The notes under the pieces: model-generated
Database searches by the model: none
What the model was told of the DNA's origin: nothing
What the model saw: only the letters and a program-made list of their open reading frames with translations
Translations under genes and position numbers: made by a program
Shown here: positions 38,301 through 50,369 of the stretch, one piece after another
Layout of the letters: the number at the start of each line of letters is the position of its first letter
Position numbering within the stretch: position 1 is the stretch's first letter
Source: Tubulanus polymorphus
Lineage: Eukaryota; Animalia; Nemertea
Assembly (NCBI RefSeq): GCF_964204645.1
Contig: NC_134030.1
Coordinates: 16,430,110 to 16,494,109 of the forward strand
Direction of reading: 5' to 3'
DNA length: 64,000 nt

Positions 38301-39293
38301 CACATCTGATTAGTCCAATGTCTCAATGGTCCCATATTTTTTTTCATTTGACTTACTACGCCTGAGATATAAAGTATATATACCGGGGGATCTAATAGCG
38401 AGTGGCTAGTGACTACTTCAAATTATGACTTCAAATTTATTGCCTACAGCCTATCCAATTAGCTTACACTTTCAGTTGAAAAATACATACATGTTTATAC
38501 AATTATTGACGTTATACTACTGACGCATTTATACATTCACTGCAGTGAAGTCGCTCGGTACTGATTGAAGATTGCCACCGTTAGATGCGCCAGCTGTCGC
38601 TGGGCTTTACTATCTTAGAAACTTTAACACCTTGATTAATACTGTCTTGATAATAAAACCTGACTATTCCAAAAACTCAAATCGTTTTTTTAACATGGCA
38701 GAATTTTTCAAAGCATGGCACATCTAAGTACCGTAGCTATAGCATGGCAGGATGTCGTGCTAAAACCCCTCTGTGAGAAAACTGATTACAATTTTTTCAG
38801 GCTTTGATTCCAGGAATTTTTACGGTTATTTCGAATCAAAGATGGCAGGAGTTGGTCGCATGACCTCAAACCATCAATCTGAATCAAGGAAAATTATTCT
38901 GAAATGTAGCCGTGTATCATATCTCAAAACACCCTTGCTAAATTATGGATGCAAAGTTGGAAACCATGTACTGCATGGCCAATTTCCTTGGCCTATCTCA
39001 TGGGGGTTTCTTGGCGATTGTGCAGAGAGCAGACTGCGAGCGTAGCCATACTTAGTATACTTGCTGATGTTTTACCTTGATAGTAGGGATGAAACATGCA
39101 TTGCATGTACACAGTTATTTCCATTTACTTTACAAGTTCATAGTCAAAATGTTGAAAACCCTTCATGAAAAAATTTCTTTCCGGTTTCACTTAGAAATTA
39201 CTCATAAAAATTGAACCAGTCGCAAATTCTTACATAATGAGGATTAAAGCTGTGGATTGGATTTTCTCTCAAAATTGAATTTGATATTTTCAG

Positions 39294-39514
39294 GTGGCCA
39301 TACGGATGTTGTTACCTATTTGATTTGTTATGGAGCAGATGTTAATTCCTTTGATATTAAACATCAAACCCCATTATTTGTTGCCGTGAAAAAACAACAT
39401 TTAAAATGTATACGTGTGTTGTTACGCGCCGGAGCGAATCCAGATGGAGATAAATCTAGTACATGCACACCACTGTATATTGCAGCAATGGAAGGATTTT
39501 ACCCTGGAGTTTGT
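39294..39514 (+). CDS. ASB1/ASB12-like ankyrin-repeat protein, next coding exon
   Basis: Acceptor atattttcag|GT is phase 1, matching the exon ending at 379; joined protein reads PLRIAAAGGHTDVVTYLICYGADVNSFDIKHQTPLFVAVKKQHLKCIRVLLRAGANPDG...TPLYIAAMEG; donor TGT|GTAAGT at 39514/39515. Confidence 0.85.
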
Positions 39515-39889
39515 GTAAGTTGCTTCGCAATGATTTTAAGCCCTTTTGGGTTCTCTTTCTATCCACCAATCTGTGTGCTAGCTTGAATAGAATTATGATA
39601 AATCAGCTTTTGCCAGGGCAATCATCTTGCCATTTTTGGTTTACCTTTATTTAAGCGTAGTGAGAATGTGAGTGAGTTGATTGCTTGGGATAGCCCTAGT
39701 TCTGTCTGCAGAATTTTTCTTTTTCCAACTTGGAGCGTCACAGGAGATAGTTACTGGGCATACAACCTAGCGTAGATCTTGAAATAATTTTCATGGTATG
39801 AAATTTCATCTTCATTGCCTGGATTACAGTCAATTTTGCCTGGACCTCCTGTAACTAATTGTTTTAACCATGCCAAAAAATGCTTAAAC

Positions 39890-41215
39890 AGGCTGTTGCG
39901 CTCACTTTTCGTCCATCCGTCCATCTGTAGACGGAATCCAATTATTTTGGGAAGTTTTAAAGATGCTTCATTGTGATGTCTTGATTTTTGGTTTACACAT
40001 GTATCTACCCTAGACGCATCTTCAGCCCAAAAACTGGTCCAGTCAAAATAAAGATGGCTGACTGGCAGCCATTGTTTGCCAAAATCAGTACTTTTTACGC
40101 ATTTTTAGGATCCTAATAGAATGGTTCTGAGTAACTTTGTGTTGGCTCTTGGTAGCACAAATTGTAACCAATGGATATACACACCTGATATTTTGTCATT
40201 AGGAGGGAAATAGGTATTGGTATTGATATGGCAAGTTTCATCCATCATCCCTAAGCTGTTTGGAAATGCTGGCTTCACTTGAAAATCCCTCCAGAAGGGC
40301 TTTCCCAGTGACATCATTATCAAGAACTGTTCTACCATGTATTTGTGACTCGTAGGGAAAACCCATTACAATGTATATCATCAAAGTTGAACATGCTAAG
40401 ATGATTTCATCTTTATCAGCTGTTTATACGTCATTGCAAATCCAGGAACAAATTAAATTTTTTTGCTCGAAACTAAATTGTACTCAGTTGATCCTACTGG
40501 ACCCACGGTCCTTTATTGAAGTTTCCGAGGGAAATTTTTAAGACGTTTTGATTAACTAATTTGAACTTTTGCTTATATTTGTATCCCCCAAGGGGCTCAT
40601 CAGCAAAAAAAACATTGGGTCTATGTGAACATTTCTGTGGCCAAAAAGTATTTCAAGGAAAATATCAACAGGTTTTAACTTATAATCTTGATTGATATTT
40701 GATTCTTATTAGCACTGTCATAAGATATATCTCAAATGGAATTGCAATCACCCAATTCTTTGTTCTTGTCACCAGGGAAAGGTAAATATTGAATAATACA
40801 CAATTGTCTATTTCTATAGGTACCTACGCACATTGTGTAACCACAATCAATTGCAAAGTTATGGCTCATGACACGTTCTATGTTGTCAGTTTCGAGTGGT
40901 TTTTGTATATTTCCACCAGGGGGCGTTGGATAATGGATTAGCTTAGTATTCCCACATTATATTGATACATAGTATATTTTGTAACCACAATCAATTGCAA
41001 AGTTGTAGCCCAAAACATTTTCTGTAATTGTGGTGAGTTTTAAGGTCATTGGTTATTCTATAAGATCACCGGGGGTGTTGAATAGTAGAATAACGTAGTA
41101 TCTCTTTATCATATTGGTACCTAGGCATATTTTGTTACCATAATCAATTTCAAAATTGTAGTCCACGACAAGTTCTATGATTGTGGTGAGTTTCAAGGTC
41201 ATTGGGTTTTCCATA
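39890..41215 (+). mobile_element. HINE-like interspersed repeat copy with internal ~150-bp tandem units
   Basis: 39890-40105 and 40615-41215 are reverse-complement matches to 49050-49265 and 48270-48720; the family terminus also occurs at 795-843. Confidence 0.7.
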
Positions 41216-41252
41216 TGATTAATCCTGATTGCTCGTTTAGTAGAAGCCAGTA

Positions 41253-44200
41253 CTAAACGGATTGACAAAGAGCAGAAATGGCAAGAGGATATCTCCCCAA
41301 TTCTCCTTTCGCCCCTATATTCAAGGCATATTTACCAACGCTTAGGATAAATTTACAAAATCTAGTATGTAGCTTTTTGGGCAAAAAGTTTTCGTACAGT
41401 TTTTCAAGCTTGTGGGGGCTATCGTTCCCTTTTAGATTTATATGGAACACTGCCCAAAGTTCAGATGCATATAAAAGAATAGGTTTTACACACATATCAA
41501 ATAATTTTAACATCGATGGAAGATTGCTATTAAACGAGTAAATCTTTTTATCATAAACATAACTTTTTGAGCTTTCTGACACAGCACATTATTACCATAG
41601 GTGAATGAACCAGAACAGGTAAGATGGAACCCAAGATACTTATGCTAGTTAAGGGACAATCGATAATTCCGAATGACCAAGGTGAAAATTTAACCTTTTG
41701 AGTACTTTACCACTCTTATTAAAGATCATAATTTTGTAGACAAAAACCCACAATAAAAAGAAAAACTATCTGGTAGCTTAACATTTCAACTCAATTCTAT
41801 GAGCCACTTTCAAAAACTGATTTAATGATTCAAAAACAGCCACTTGTCTATGGAAACCATCATAATTTTAGTTTTTGAGATATTGACCTTCATCTTCCAT
41901 TTCACACAAAATTTTTGGTTTACCTTTGTCAGCAGTATGAGGTTGGCATTGAGCCAATTCATGTAAAATCGCGGTACGTTTTTTTATGTGAGCATTTTTT
42001 GCATTGGTTTTCGGGTTAAACGACGTATAATCGATGCGATTGAAGACATGACGAACCTCCGTCGATGACATGGTCAACTCTGTTTAAATTCGACGAAAAA
42101 CTGTTTTTGGCGGGAAAATTCTTAGCTCTTGCGTATAAAATTGCAATGACCTCGATTGGGGGGCGTCGTCTCTACGAGCGAATGTGATTGGCTGTTTTTG
42201 GGATACACGGGGAATTCCGGCCCTACTAAAATAATTATGGGGAAGCCATTTATGGCGAACGTTTCATTGGACTAAGTGCGAATTTTAAATGCTCATTGCT
42301 GGTGAGAATATAATTATTTCACATATCGCCATAGGTATTGTTTCGTTTTAATACCCATTGATTGAGATTGAAGTGAAGCGAGCGTTCACTACACAAGGCC
42401 TCCACGTGCGCGGGACGGGAGTGCTAAACATTAGACTGTTGCACACACAAACACACGCTCATACAGACTACTATATGGAGATGCTGTAACGCTGCTTGGC
42501 GCGTGCACGTTTTGTATGATAACAGACTGAATAATCGTCATAGAAGATGAGCGCTGTGTTTTCTGTTTGATAGAAGTTGTAAGAAATTGTAATTTCTTGT
42601 GACCTGAAAATACTAAGCAGCAAACTATAGGTATAGGTCGAGGTCTGAATATTGTAGCGGTAAATTCCAGGATTCAAAAGGATCTAATACTACGCCCCGG
42701 TGTTTTAGCTTCCGCGGCCATACATTGGCAGGCGCCGATCCAGGGCCATACAGTGACTACAGCACAGTGAAAAAGGGCACCAACTGAAAAGGGCCAGTAT
42801 TAATGCCCAGCGAGCGAGTTTGAGTTTGAGTGCAATCGTATCATGCCACTAAATGTGTCTTCACATTCAATTCGCTTTTAGCCTTTTTTAGATATTTGGT
42901 CAAAATTTGCCATTTCTGGATTAAATTTATAGAGCGACAATAATTTATTTTTTAGAATAGTGCCCTTTTGAGTAAAAAATGCCTTAGATTGCCTTTTATG
43001 ATTTTGGGCAATTTATTTCATCCACATTTCGCTTTAGGCCTTGTACAGAAAGGCAATTATTTTTTATGACGCACAAATTGTGTGCCCTTTTATTTACTTT
43101 TTTCCCGAAACATAAATTTTTCAAGGGCATTTGAAAACTGCGACTACCGCACGTGCTGCATGTGCGATAGTCTGGATCCGCACCTGATTGGAAGAGGTTT
43201 CGTTTCCAAGACTCAATATTCAGCCACCCTCTGATATGTGACATCATATGAATTTTATTTGAATATTTTTTCATATTGTGAAATTATTTTTTTTAAATAT
43301 AAAATAGTTTCCAATGCCGCGTCTATCTGTACCCTACGAAATTTTGGACGTAGACCATAAACAAATGTTTATCTTTGGTCTTATTTGACTACAAAATAAT
43401 TCTTTAAGAAAGATAAAATACAATATAAACTTCTAGAACTTTGAAGTCACGAATTAAAAAGATTTTTTCAAGCAATGTCCTTACTCCAAACAACCTCTAG
43501 CTTTCAAGGTAAACCACACTTTGCCCATGGGCAATTTATTCAAGATTATGGAGACATTCTTGAAGACCCGAATCGGATTCAGAAATCAGAATTAGGTAGT
43601 CAGCGTACATTAATACATTCATATAATTATTGCCAACCCTCAACGGATCACATTTCTCAGTGGAAATGTAATAAGGCAGGTGGTTAATAAAAAGGTTAAA
43701 AAGAATGGGCCTAAGGACACAGCCTTGCTGAAGCCCTACATGAGAGGAAATGGGCTCATCCTCATTGTTAATGCACGAGAAATTCAAATTTTGAGGCCAT
43801 CTGTTTCATACCGGGATGACAATTATCCTATAAGATGAGTCACCCAGTCATCAGGGGAGATATTACTAGCCTTATCTTAAAAGATACTGTCCTCATCGGG
43901 AATTTATCAATTATATCCCAAAAAGCTTTCGGATTGCTTTTTTCTAGGTTTGCTAACATCATATTTCTGTAATCGTTATTCGCTCTCCTAATAATTTTTT
44001 TGTAATCTTTTTTCAACTCTTGATAAAGGGTAATTAGCCCTTTGTTAAGGGGCTTCGTCATTAGGTTAGATTTGCATTTAAACAATCTTCATTGAACCAA
44101 GGTTTGTGGTTCTCTTTCTTATAGCGCTACCCTTTCGAGGGAAAAAAATTGTTCTTGCCTGAACTTTTTACATTCGATTTAAAAGAAGTTAACACTTTAG

Positions 44201-44450
44201 TTAAGCCATTTGTTAACCGGTCGACACCCTTGACATCCTGATCATAATCGTCGTTAAGTAAATCAATACATTACATTTACAGCACTAGGCAAATTTATAC
44301 ATTGGTTAAATTTGTTAAAGTCTTCCTTGCGCCACTTTGGAAAAGACACCTTTTCCTTACCCATAGAAAAATGAGGGCGTATTTTAGGTTTAGGAAAAGG
44401 TAGACTCAGGTTTGCCACGACCAAGCAGTGGTCGGAAAAAATTGTTTAAC
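41253..44450 (-). pseudogene. Decayed LINE ORF2 (RT) split by a ~1.75 kb insertion (~41735-43500)
   Basis: GLQQGCVLRPILFNLFIN, LMYADY (YADD-like) at 43536-43787; KIMIFNK, LKLFDMCVKPILLYASELW, KGELGRYPL at 41253-41730. Confidence 0.8.
42729..43186. mobile_element. CAG...CTG MITE with 5-bp TSD
   Basis: TIRs CAGGCGCCGATCCAG / CTGGATCCGCACCTG; ATTGG at 42724-42728 and 43187-43191. Confidence 0.75.
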
Positions 44451-45186
44451 CTTAAACCTTAAAGTGGTTGACCTTACCTTATAGGTTAACACTAGATATC
44501 AACTTAATATTCGTTTGTAGGAAAACAACTACAACGAGCACCCTTCTTGTATATACTAAAGTTGATCTTCCCAAATGGAATCAGTTTATTAGCGGTAGAC
44601 CTTTGCATCGTTTTATAGATGACCTTGAACGGGTACATCCTGCGTATGTCATCCAGCTCGAGATTAAAGAATTCGTCATGACCGGCAACGATACTACTAC
44701 TACTGCCATTACAAACTGGGCTGGCCATCTTGGATGCAGATTTGATACAGAGATTGATTGGACCAAAATGATAATAACGCACGGGACGGAGACCTTAATC
44801 ACTCGGATGAATATAGACTGACTAAACTGCTAAACTTAATATACCTTGTGAAGTCTTTATATAGACTAAGCTTATTGGATTCAGCTGATTAATGGCATCT
44901 TACGAAGAGAAATTTTAGAGAGCGCGCGCTTCATGAAGCACCATCTAGTGACAGTGATTCAATTATAATACTAACAATTCTTGAACAATGCGGTAACACA
45001 ATGTGGACACAGCAGCTATATGGGCGACAATTCCCTTCAAAAAGACACTGTTTTGTACGTTAAAGACATTTTCGCGCCACGAAGTCATTTCTGCGCCGCG
45101 AAGTCATGCGCCGAAATGTCAGTAGATGGCGCCACGTACATCTAAATTACGTCATCCTGGGAAACCCGGAAATAATTTCCAAAACG

Positions 45187-47628
45187 ATGGATTTGGAAGT
45201 TGAACAGACCAGAATTTACTTCAAAGCAAGAATTAATAGAATTGTGACCGAACTGAGTAATTTAGCTTACGTCGATTGGGATAGCATTATGTACCGCGTC
45301 GATACGTTGACAAGAAATCTGATAAATTTTCCCGAATTTGAGGATTCAGGGGTTAACGTTGCTCGAGCATTAGAAATCGCACATCACTTGAATTTATCAG
45401 ACTCGACACAAACAGAAGATGCCACATTTCCCACGAATGATATTCAACCCGCTAGGTCCCTTGCTATTGGCATGCATGGACGTCCAAAATATGGCATCAC
45501 GAAAGAGCAGTTGCTTTTCTATTTAGGTATGTTGGCTGCCCCTCTCTGCTCTACCTCTATTATAGGCCTAATTCTTAACATTTTCATCGCCTCAGCAGAC
45601 ATTCTCCCTTGGCAGGCATTCAACAGACATTCAACCTGATGGCATCAAGACTAATTATTAGCCATGGTACGAAACCCTGCCACACTAGACCGAGTGCGCA
45701 GATACCGGTACGGTACACATGCAGTGATGTCTAGCAAATCAGAAATCCCGTTTTATTTTAGCCCGGGTTTTCCCATTTATAGTTCTTCCATTAAATTTGC
45801 CTCAGCGAGCACAAATTTCCGTGCGGCAAAGCTGTGCATACCTGCGCCCCGGTCTAGTGTGGCAGGGGTTCATGCCGTGGCTGAGTGTAGCGATGCCATC
45901 AGGTTCGAATCCCTGCCGAGGGAGGATGCGCCTCGGAGTTTTAGGCTGCCGATGAATTTCACTCTTGATCTTGATGTTTACCGGTACTGCGTCTGTGACC
46001 ACGTTGACGTGTATTGGAGACGGAGGGGGTATTGTTGTCTAATCCGTTAACTTTGAGGTTGTGGTAGGCCTATTACTTGCTTTAATTGCGCCGTGTACTG
46101 TGTTCTTCACTTAGAATCTTTGATTAATTCTTTCAAATAACCAATTCACGATCCCAGAAATTGCTGATATTTTGTGTGTCAGTAAGAGTACAATTGAAAG
46201 AAGACTTTCTGAATTTGGGCTTTCTGTGAGAAACACATATTCACAAATTCCTGAACAAGATCTAAATGTTAAAGTTGCTACAATATTGCTGGAATTTCCA
46301 AACTATGGTAAGTAAACATAGAGTAGGGAATATTCGCTTTCTGGTGATGGAACTGGTGTAGTACCATGGATTACATTGCAAATTACTAGAAATTTATCAC
46401 TGAACTGTGTGATATTGATTAATTCACATTCATCCTTTAGGGTTAAAAAGTGTTGTTGGACAGTTACTGGCAGAGGGACATCGGGTGCAGAGAGATTACG
46501 TCAGACGGGCCATGTGGTATCCAATGCCGAATTAGACGTCGTGTGTATTGTGTCACAGGACCCCTATTCTTTTGGCATGTCGATGGCAATCACAAGCTTA
46601 TTAGGTAGGTAAAGCATTGAAGCCTATATGATTCAATCACAATATTGAGAATACTAAAACAATAAGAAGTTGTCAATCCATTATATTGTATTAAAGATTG
46701 AATATGAAGACCTATCTTTACCAACGTGAAGGGCTAATTTGTTGCATGACCCATACTCCTATTTTTGAAGGGGTTCCTATCATTAAGGCTGTGAAATGAT
46801 ATCTGCGTGTAAATTATCATCATCGGTGATTCAAGCGACATGTTGTACATGTTACTATGATGATTATATGTAAAGATTTAATATTTCAGGTGGAGGTTGG
46901 TTGTGCATGGAGGAATAGATGGATACAGTCGAATGATTGTCTATTTGAAATGTAGTACTAACAATAGGGCTGAAACTGTGCTAAGACTTTTTGAAAGTGC
47001 TGTTCATATGTGGGGACTGCCCTCGAGAGTACGTGCAGACTATGGATCAGAAAATATGGGAATTGCTGCAAATATGAATGATCATCCATTAAGAGGTCGC
47101 GAACGTGGATCTTTTATTGCTGGACGCTCCATCCACAATACTCGTATCGAAAGATTGTGGAGAGACGTATTTGAAGGTGTGCTTTCAATGTTTTACAATC
47201 TTTTTCATCACATGAAACTAATCGGAATATTATCACCTGACAATGAGGTGCATATTTTCAGTCTACATTATATATTCCTGCCGCGGATCAATAATCTATT
47301 AGATAAATTTAGTAACATGTGGAATCATCATAAAATGAGAACTGTAGGAAACAAATCACCAATACAGCAGTTTATTACTGGTCGGAAGTACACAGATGAT
47401 ACTGATGACAATATCAATGACTTAGTTATGATAGTTATGGATTTGATTATGATGGGCCGATTAATCCTGAAACCACGGATGATACTGGTCTGTTGATTTC
47501 AGAAAATATTGTGTCACTGCGATTTTGATATGCTTAGTTTAGAAACAACAATAAATCCAGCTGACTACCTCAATATCAATGATCCATGGGACTACAGTGC
47601 TTATCTCCAAACTGTTGATTTTGTCTAA
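45187..47628 (+). pseudogene. Spliced IS3/integrase-like DDE transposase (4 exons, damaged)
   Basis: Exons 45187-45526 (GRPKYGIT), 46137-46307 (HTH: IPEIADILCVSKSTIERRL; acceptor apparently AG>AA), 46441-46604 (WHVDGNHKLI, frameshift) and 46890-~47628 (HGGIDGYSR, PSRVRADYGSEN, SIHNTRIERLWRDV). Confidence 0.85.
45672..45870. mobile_element. Small TIR MITE in transposase intron 1
   Basis: CCCTGCCACACTAGACCG / CGGTCTAGTGTGGCAGGG. Confidence 0.65.
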
Positions 47629-48239
47629 ATCAAAACTCAGAAAATGAAGAATCAGAGTAATAGTAATGTATGAGAAAATTTATTTTGTGATTTAAAATGT
47701 GACACAAGAGCATCCTGGTAAATAATTGTGGAGTCAAAAATTCAAATCCAATGTACATGTACTGCTAAAAAATAAACTCTTAATTAAGAAAAAAATACCT
47801 TGTACTATCTTACATTATAAATGGACGCTTATTATATCATGGGGACAGGGTTCCACCTGTACAAATCTAAACGTCAATCTAATTTTATCCATTTAAAACC
47901 CAAGCACACAGCATCATATAAACACAAAGTGAACTAACAATTAGAACATGATCACTGAAACAGGATTTTGTTTCACCTGTTACATGTTTTCTGCGCTAGG
48001 TTTTAGATGAAATAGTACCAAGAATTATGGAACTGACATTTCAACTGATAGACAGAGGACTTCTGCCAGGTTAAATTTCTGATGCCCCCTATAATGCAAT
48101 AGCCCGCTTCACCCCAAGTGTTAAAAATAAGATTTAAACTAGGGTTACTTTTGTATTCTGATCACTACAAACCATCAGCTGCAGTTTTTCCATTCTAATA
48201 ACTAGGGGTCCAGGGACACCATGCCCACTTAGAAAGCGG

Positions 48240-49630
48240 TTTCAAATGCTCAATAATCTAACAATTTCAATATTCAACGCCTCCTGGTTACCATATACAA
48301 AATCCAATGACCTTAAAAAACTCACCACAGTCATAGAACATGTCATGAGCTACAATTTTGCAATTCATTGTGGTAACAAAATATGCCTAGGAACCAATAT
48401 AATATGGAAATACTAAGTTATTCCACTATTCAACGTCCCCTGGTTGCCATATACAAAATCAGATGACCTTGAAACTCACCACTCTCATAGAACATGTCAT
48501 AAGCTACAACTTTGCAATTGATTGTGGTTACAAAATATGCATAGTTACCAATATAAATAGACAAATTGTATATTATTCAATATTTAACTCCCCCTGGTGG
48601 CAAGAACAAAGAATTGGGTGATTCCAAGTGAGGTGATGTATCCTATGACAGTGCTAATAATAATCAAGTATCAAGACTATAAGTTAAAACCTGTAGATAT
48701 TTTCCTTAAAAAACCTTTTTCCACCTACGAATGAGGACTGATGATACTAAGATGGCTGCCAATTGCATAATAATCGGATGATCGAAAATACCTGTATGAT
48801 TTATTAAAGATCCCTATCCATAGAATACCCACCATAAATTTCAAAATTGAAAAACCAATAGGAAGCTACAGGTCTCTGAATTCAGGCCAAAATTGACCTT
48901 TTTGGGCACAAAAAAGGTTACAGGACGGCCATCTTGAGGCCTATCGGCCCAATTTCTCTTATGCTGATGGACCCTTAGGGGATATAAATATATGTGAATG
49001 ATCAAGACAATTGATGGAAGCGTCTTCAAAATTTCCCTTGAAAACTTCAAAATGTGTAAAAAGTGCTGATTTCAGCGAACAATAATGGCCACCAGTCGGC
49101 CATCTTGATTCTGATCAGGCCAGTTTTTGGGCTGAAGATGTATCTAGGGTAGATACATGTATAAACCAAATATCAAGACAATCAATTGAAGCGTCTTCAA
49201 AACTTCCCAAAATAACTGGATTCCGTCTACGGACGGACGACGGATGAAAAGTGAACGCAATAGCCCGCTGGGACTAAAGTCCCAAGTGGGCTAAAAACTT
49301 CCAAAAAATAACTGGATTCCGTCTACGGACAATGATGGCTGATTCGGGACATATCAATATTTCTTTTTCATCCTCCACATGAACGCGCAAAAACAAATCG
49401 TTGCGCACAAAAACAAACTTTTAACGCGCAAAAACGAAATAATTTGTTTTTGCACGTTAAGTTTGTTTTTGCGCGCTAGGATTTGTTTTTGTGGGGTAAG
49501 ATTTGTTTTTGCGCGTTCTCGTGGAGGATGAAAAAAGAATATTGATATGTCCCGAATCAGCCACCATAGTCCGTAGACGGACAGACGATGGACGAAAAGT
49601 GAACGCACTAAAGTCCCAAGTGGGCTAAAA
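48240..49630 (-). mobile_element. HINE-like repeat inside the IS3EU element, with a duplicated terminus
   Basis: Terminus GCTGGGACTAAAGTCCCAAGTGGGCTAAAA matches the inverse of 795-843; (GGAC)n; tandem units; 49296-49630 repeats the end. Confidence 0.7.
49331..49568. mobile_element. IS3EU-like MITE (TATGGTGGCTGAT family)
   Basis: Foldback with ~65-bp arms whose ends resemble those of 10676-11654; internal GCGCAAAAAC repeats. Confidence 0.75.
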
Positions 49631-50369
49631 ACTGCCTTGTGTGTCTCTAGCTTAATTAACCTGCTGTAAACAAATTCTGTGAAACTCCAGATCTGGATCT
49701 GCCCCAGGGATCAATTTTTTTTAGACTGGTACTTAATTTAACACTTAAAAGCCCAGACCACTCTAGAAAGCTTATCAAAGGTGAGTGTGTGATGGCACAT
49801 TTCCCACCACCTGCCTTTAATAAGTTCCCAGAGTGGGTACTTTTAGGAGTCAACAACCAGTATGGTGGGCGGGACGCAGAATTTAAATTTAAGAATTTAA
49901 ATAAAAGAGGCCCAATTCCCGGCCACCTTCATACTGGGTGTTGTCTCGAAAAAGTGGTTTGGGTCTTAAAGGGTTAAATCAAGGGACTAACTCAATTTAA
50001 TATAATATTTAGGTTAACCCCTAGGTTAAGTCATAGCAGTCTATAAAACCGGCCGGAATAATGACATACATAATACTGCGTAAATTGTACTGTAATACTT
50101 TGTAAATTGATTGTCAGTTTGATTATTGCACCTGAGGTGGAATAAAATTACGGTGGAAACTCGTTACAATGAAATCCATGGGGCAAGAAACTTTGTTATA
50201 TCAGATCAATTGGAACCTCTTGGTGACTAAACAGAACGTGCTATAAACATAATAATTTTCGGTAGCAAAAATAATTTTGGTTCATTCTAAAGGATATTTC
50301 ATTTTAAGAAATTTCATTGTAATGAGATTTCACAGTAATTTCTATAGAACAACTGTTTAATAGTGAACT

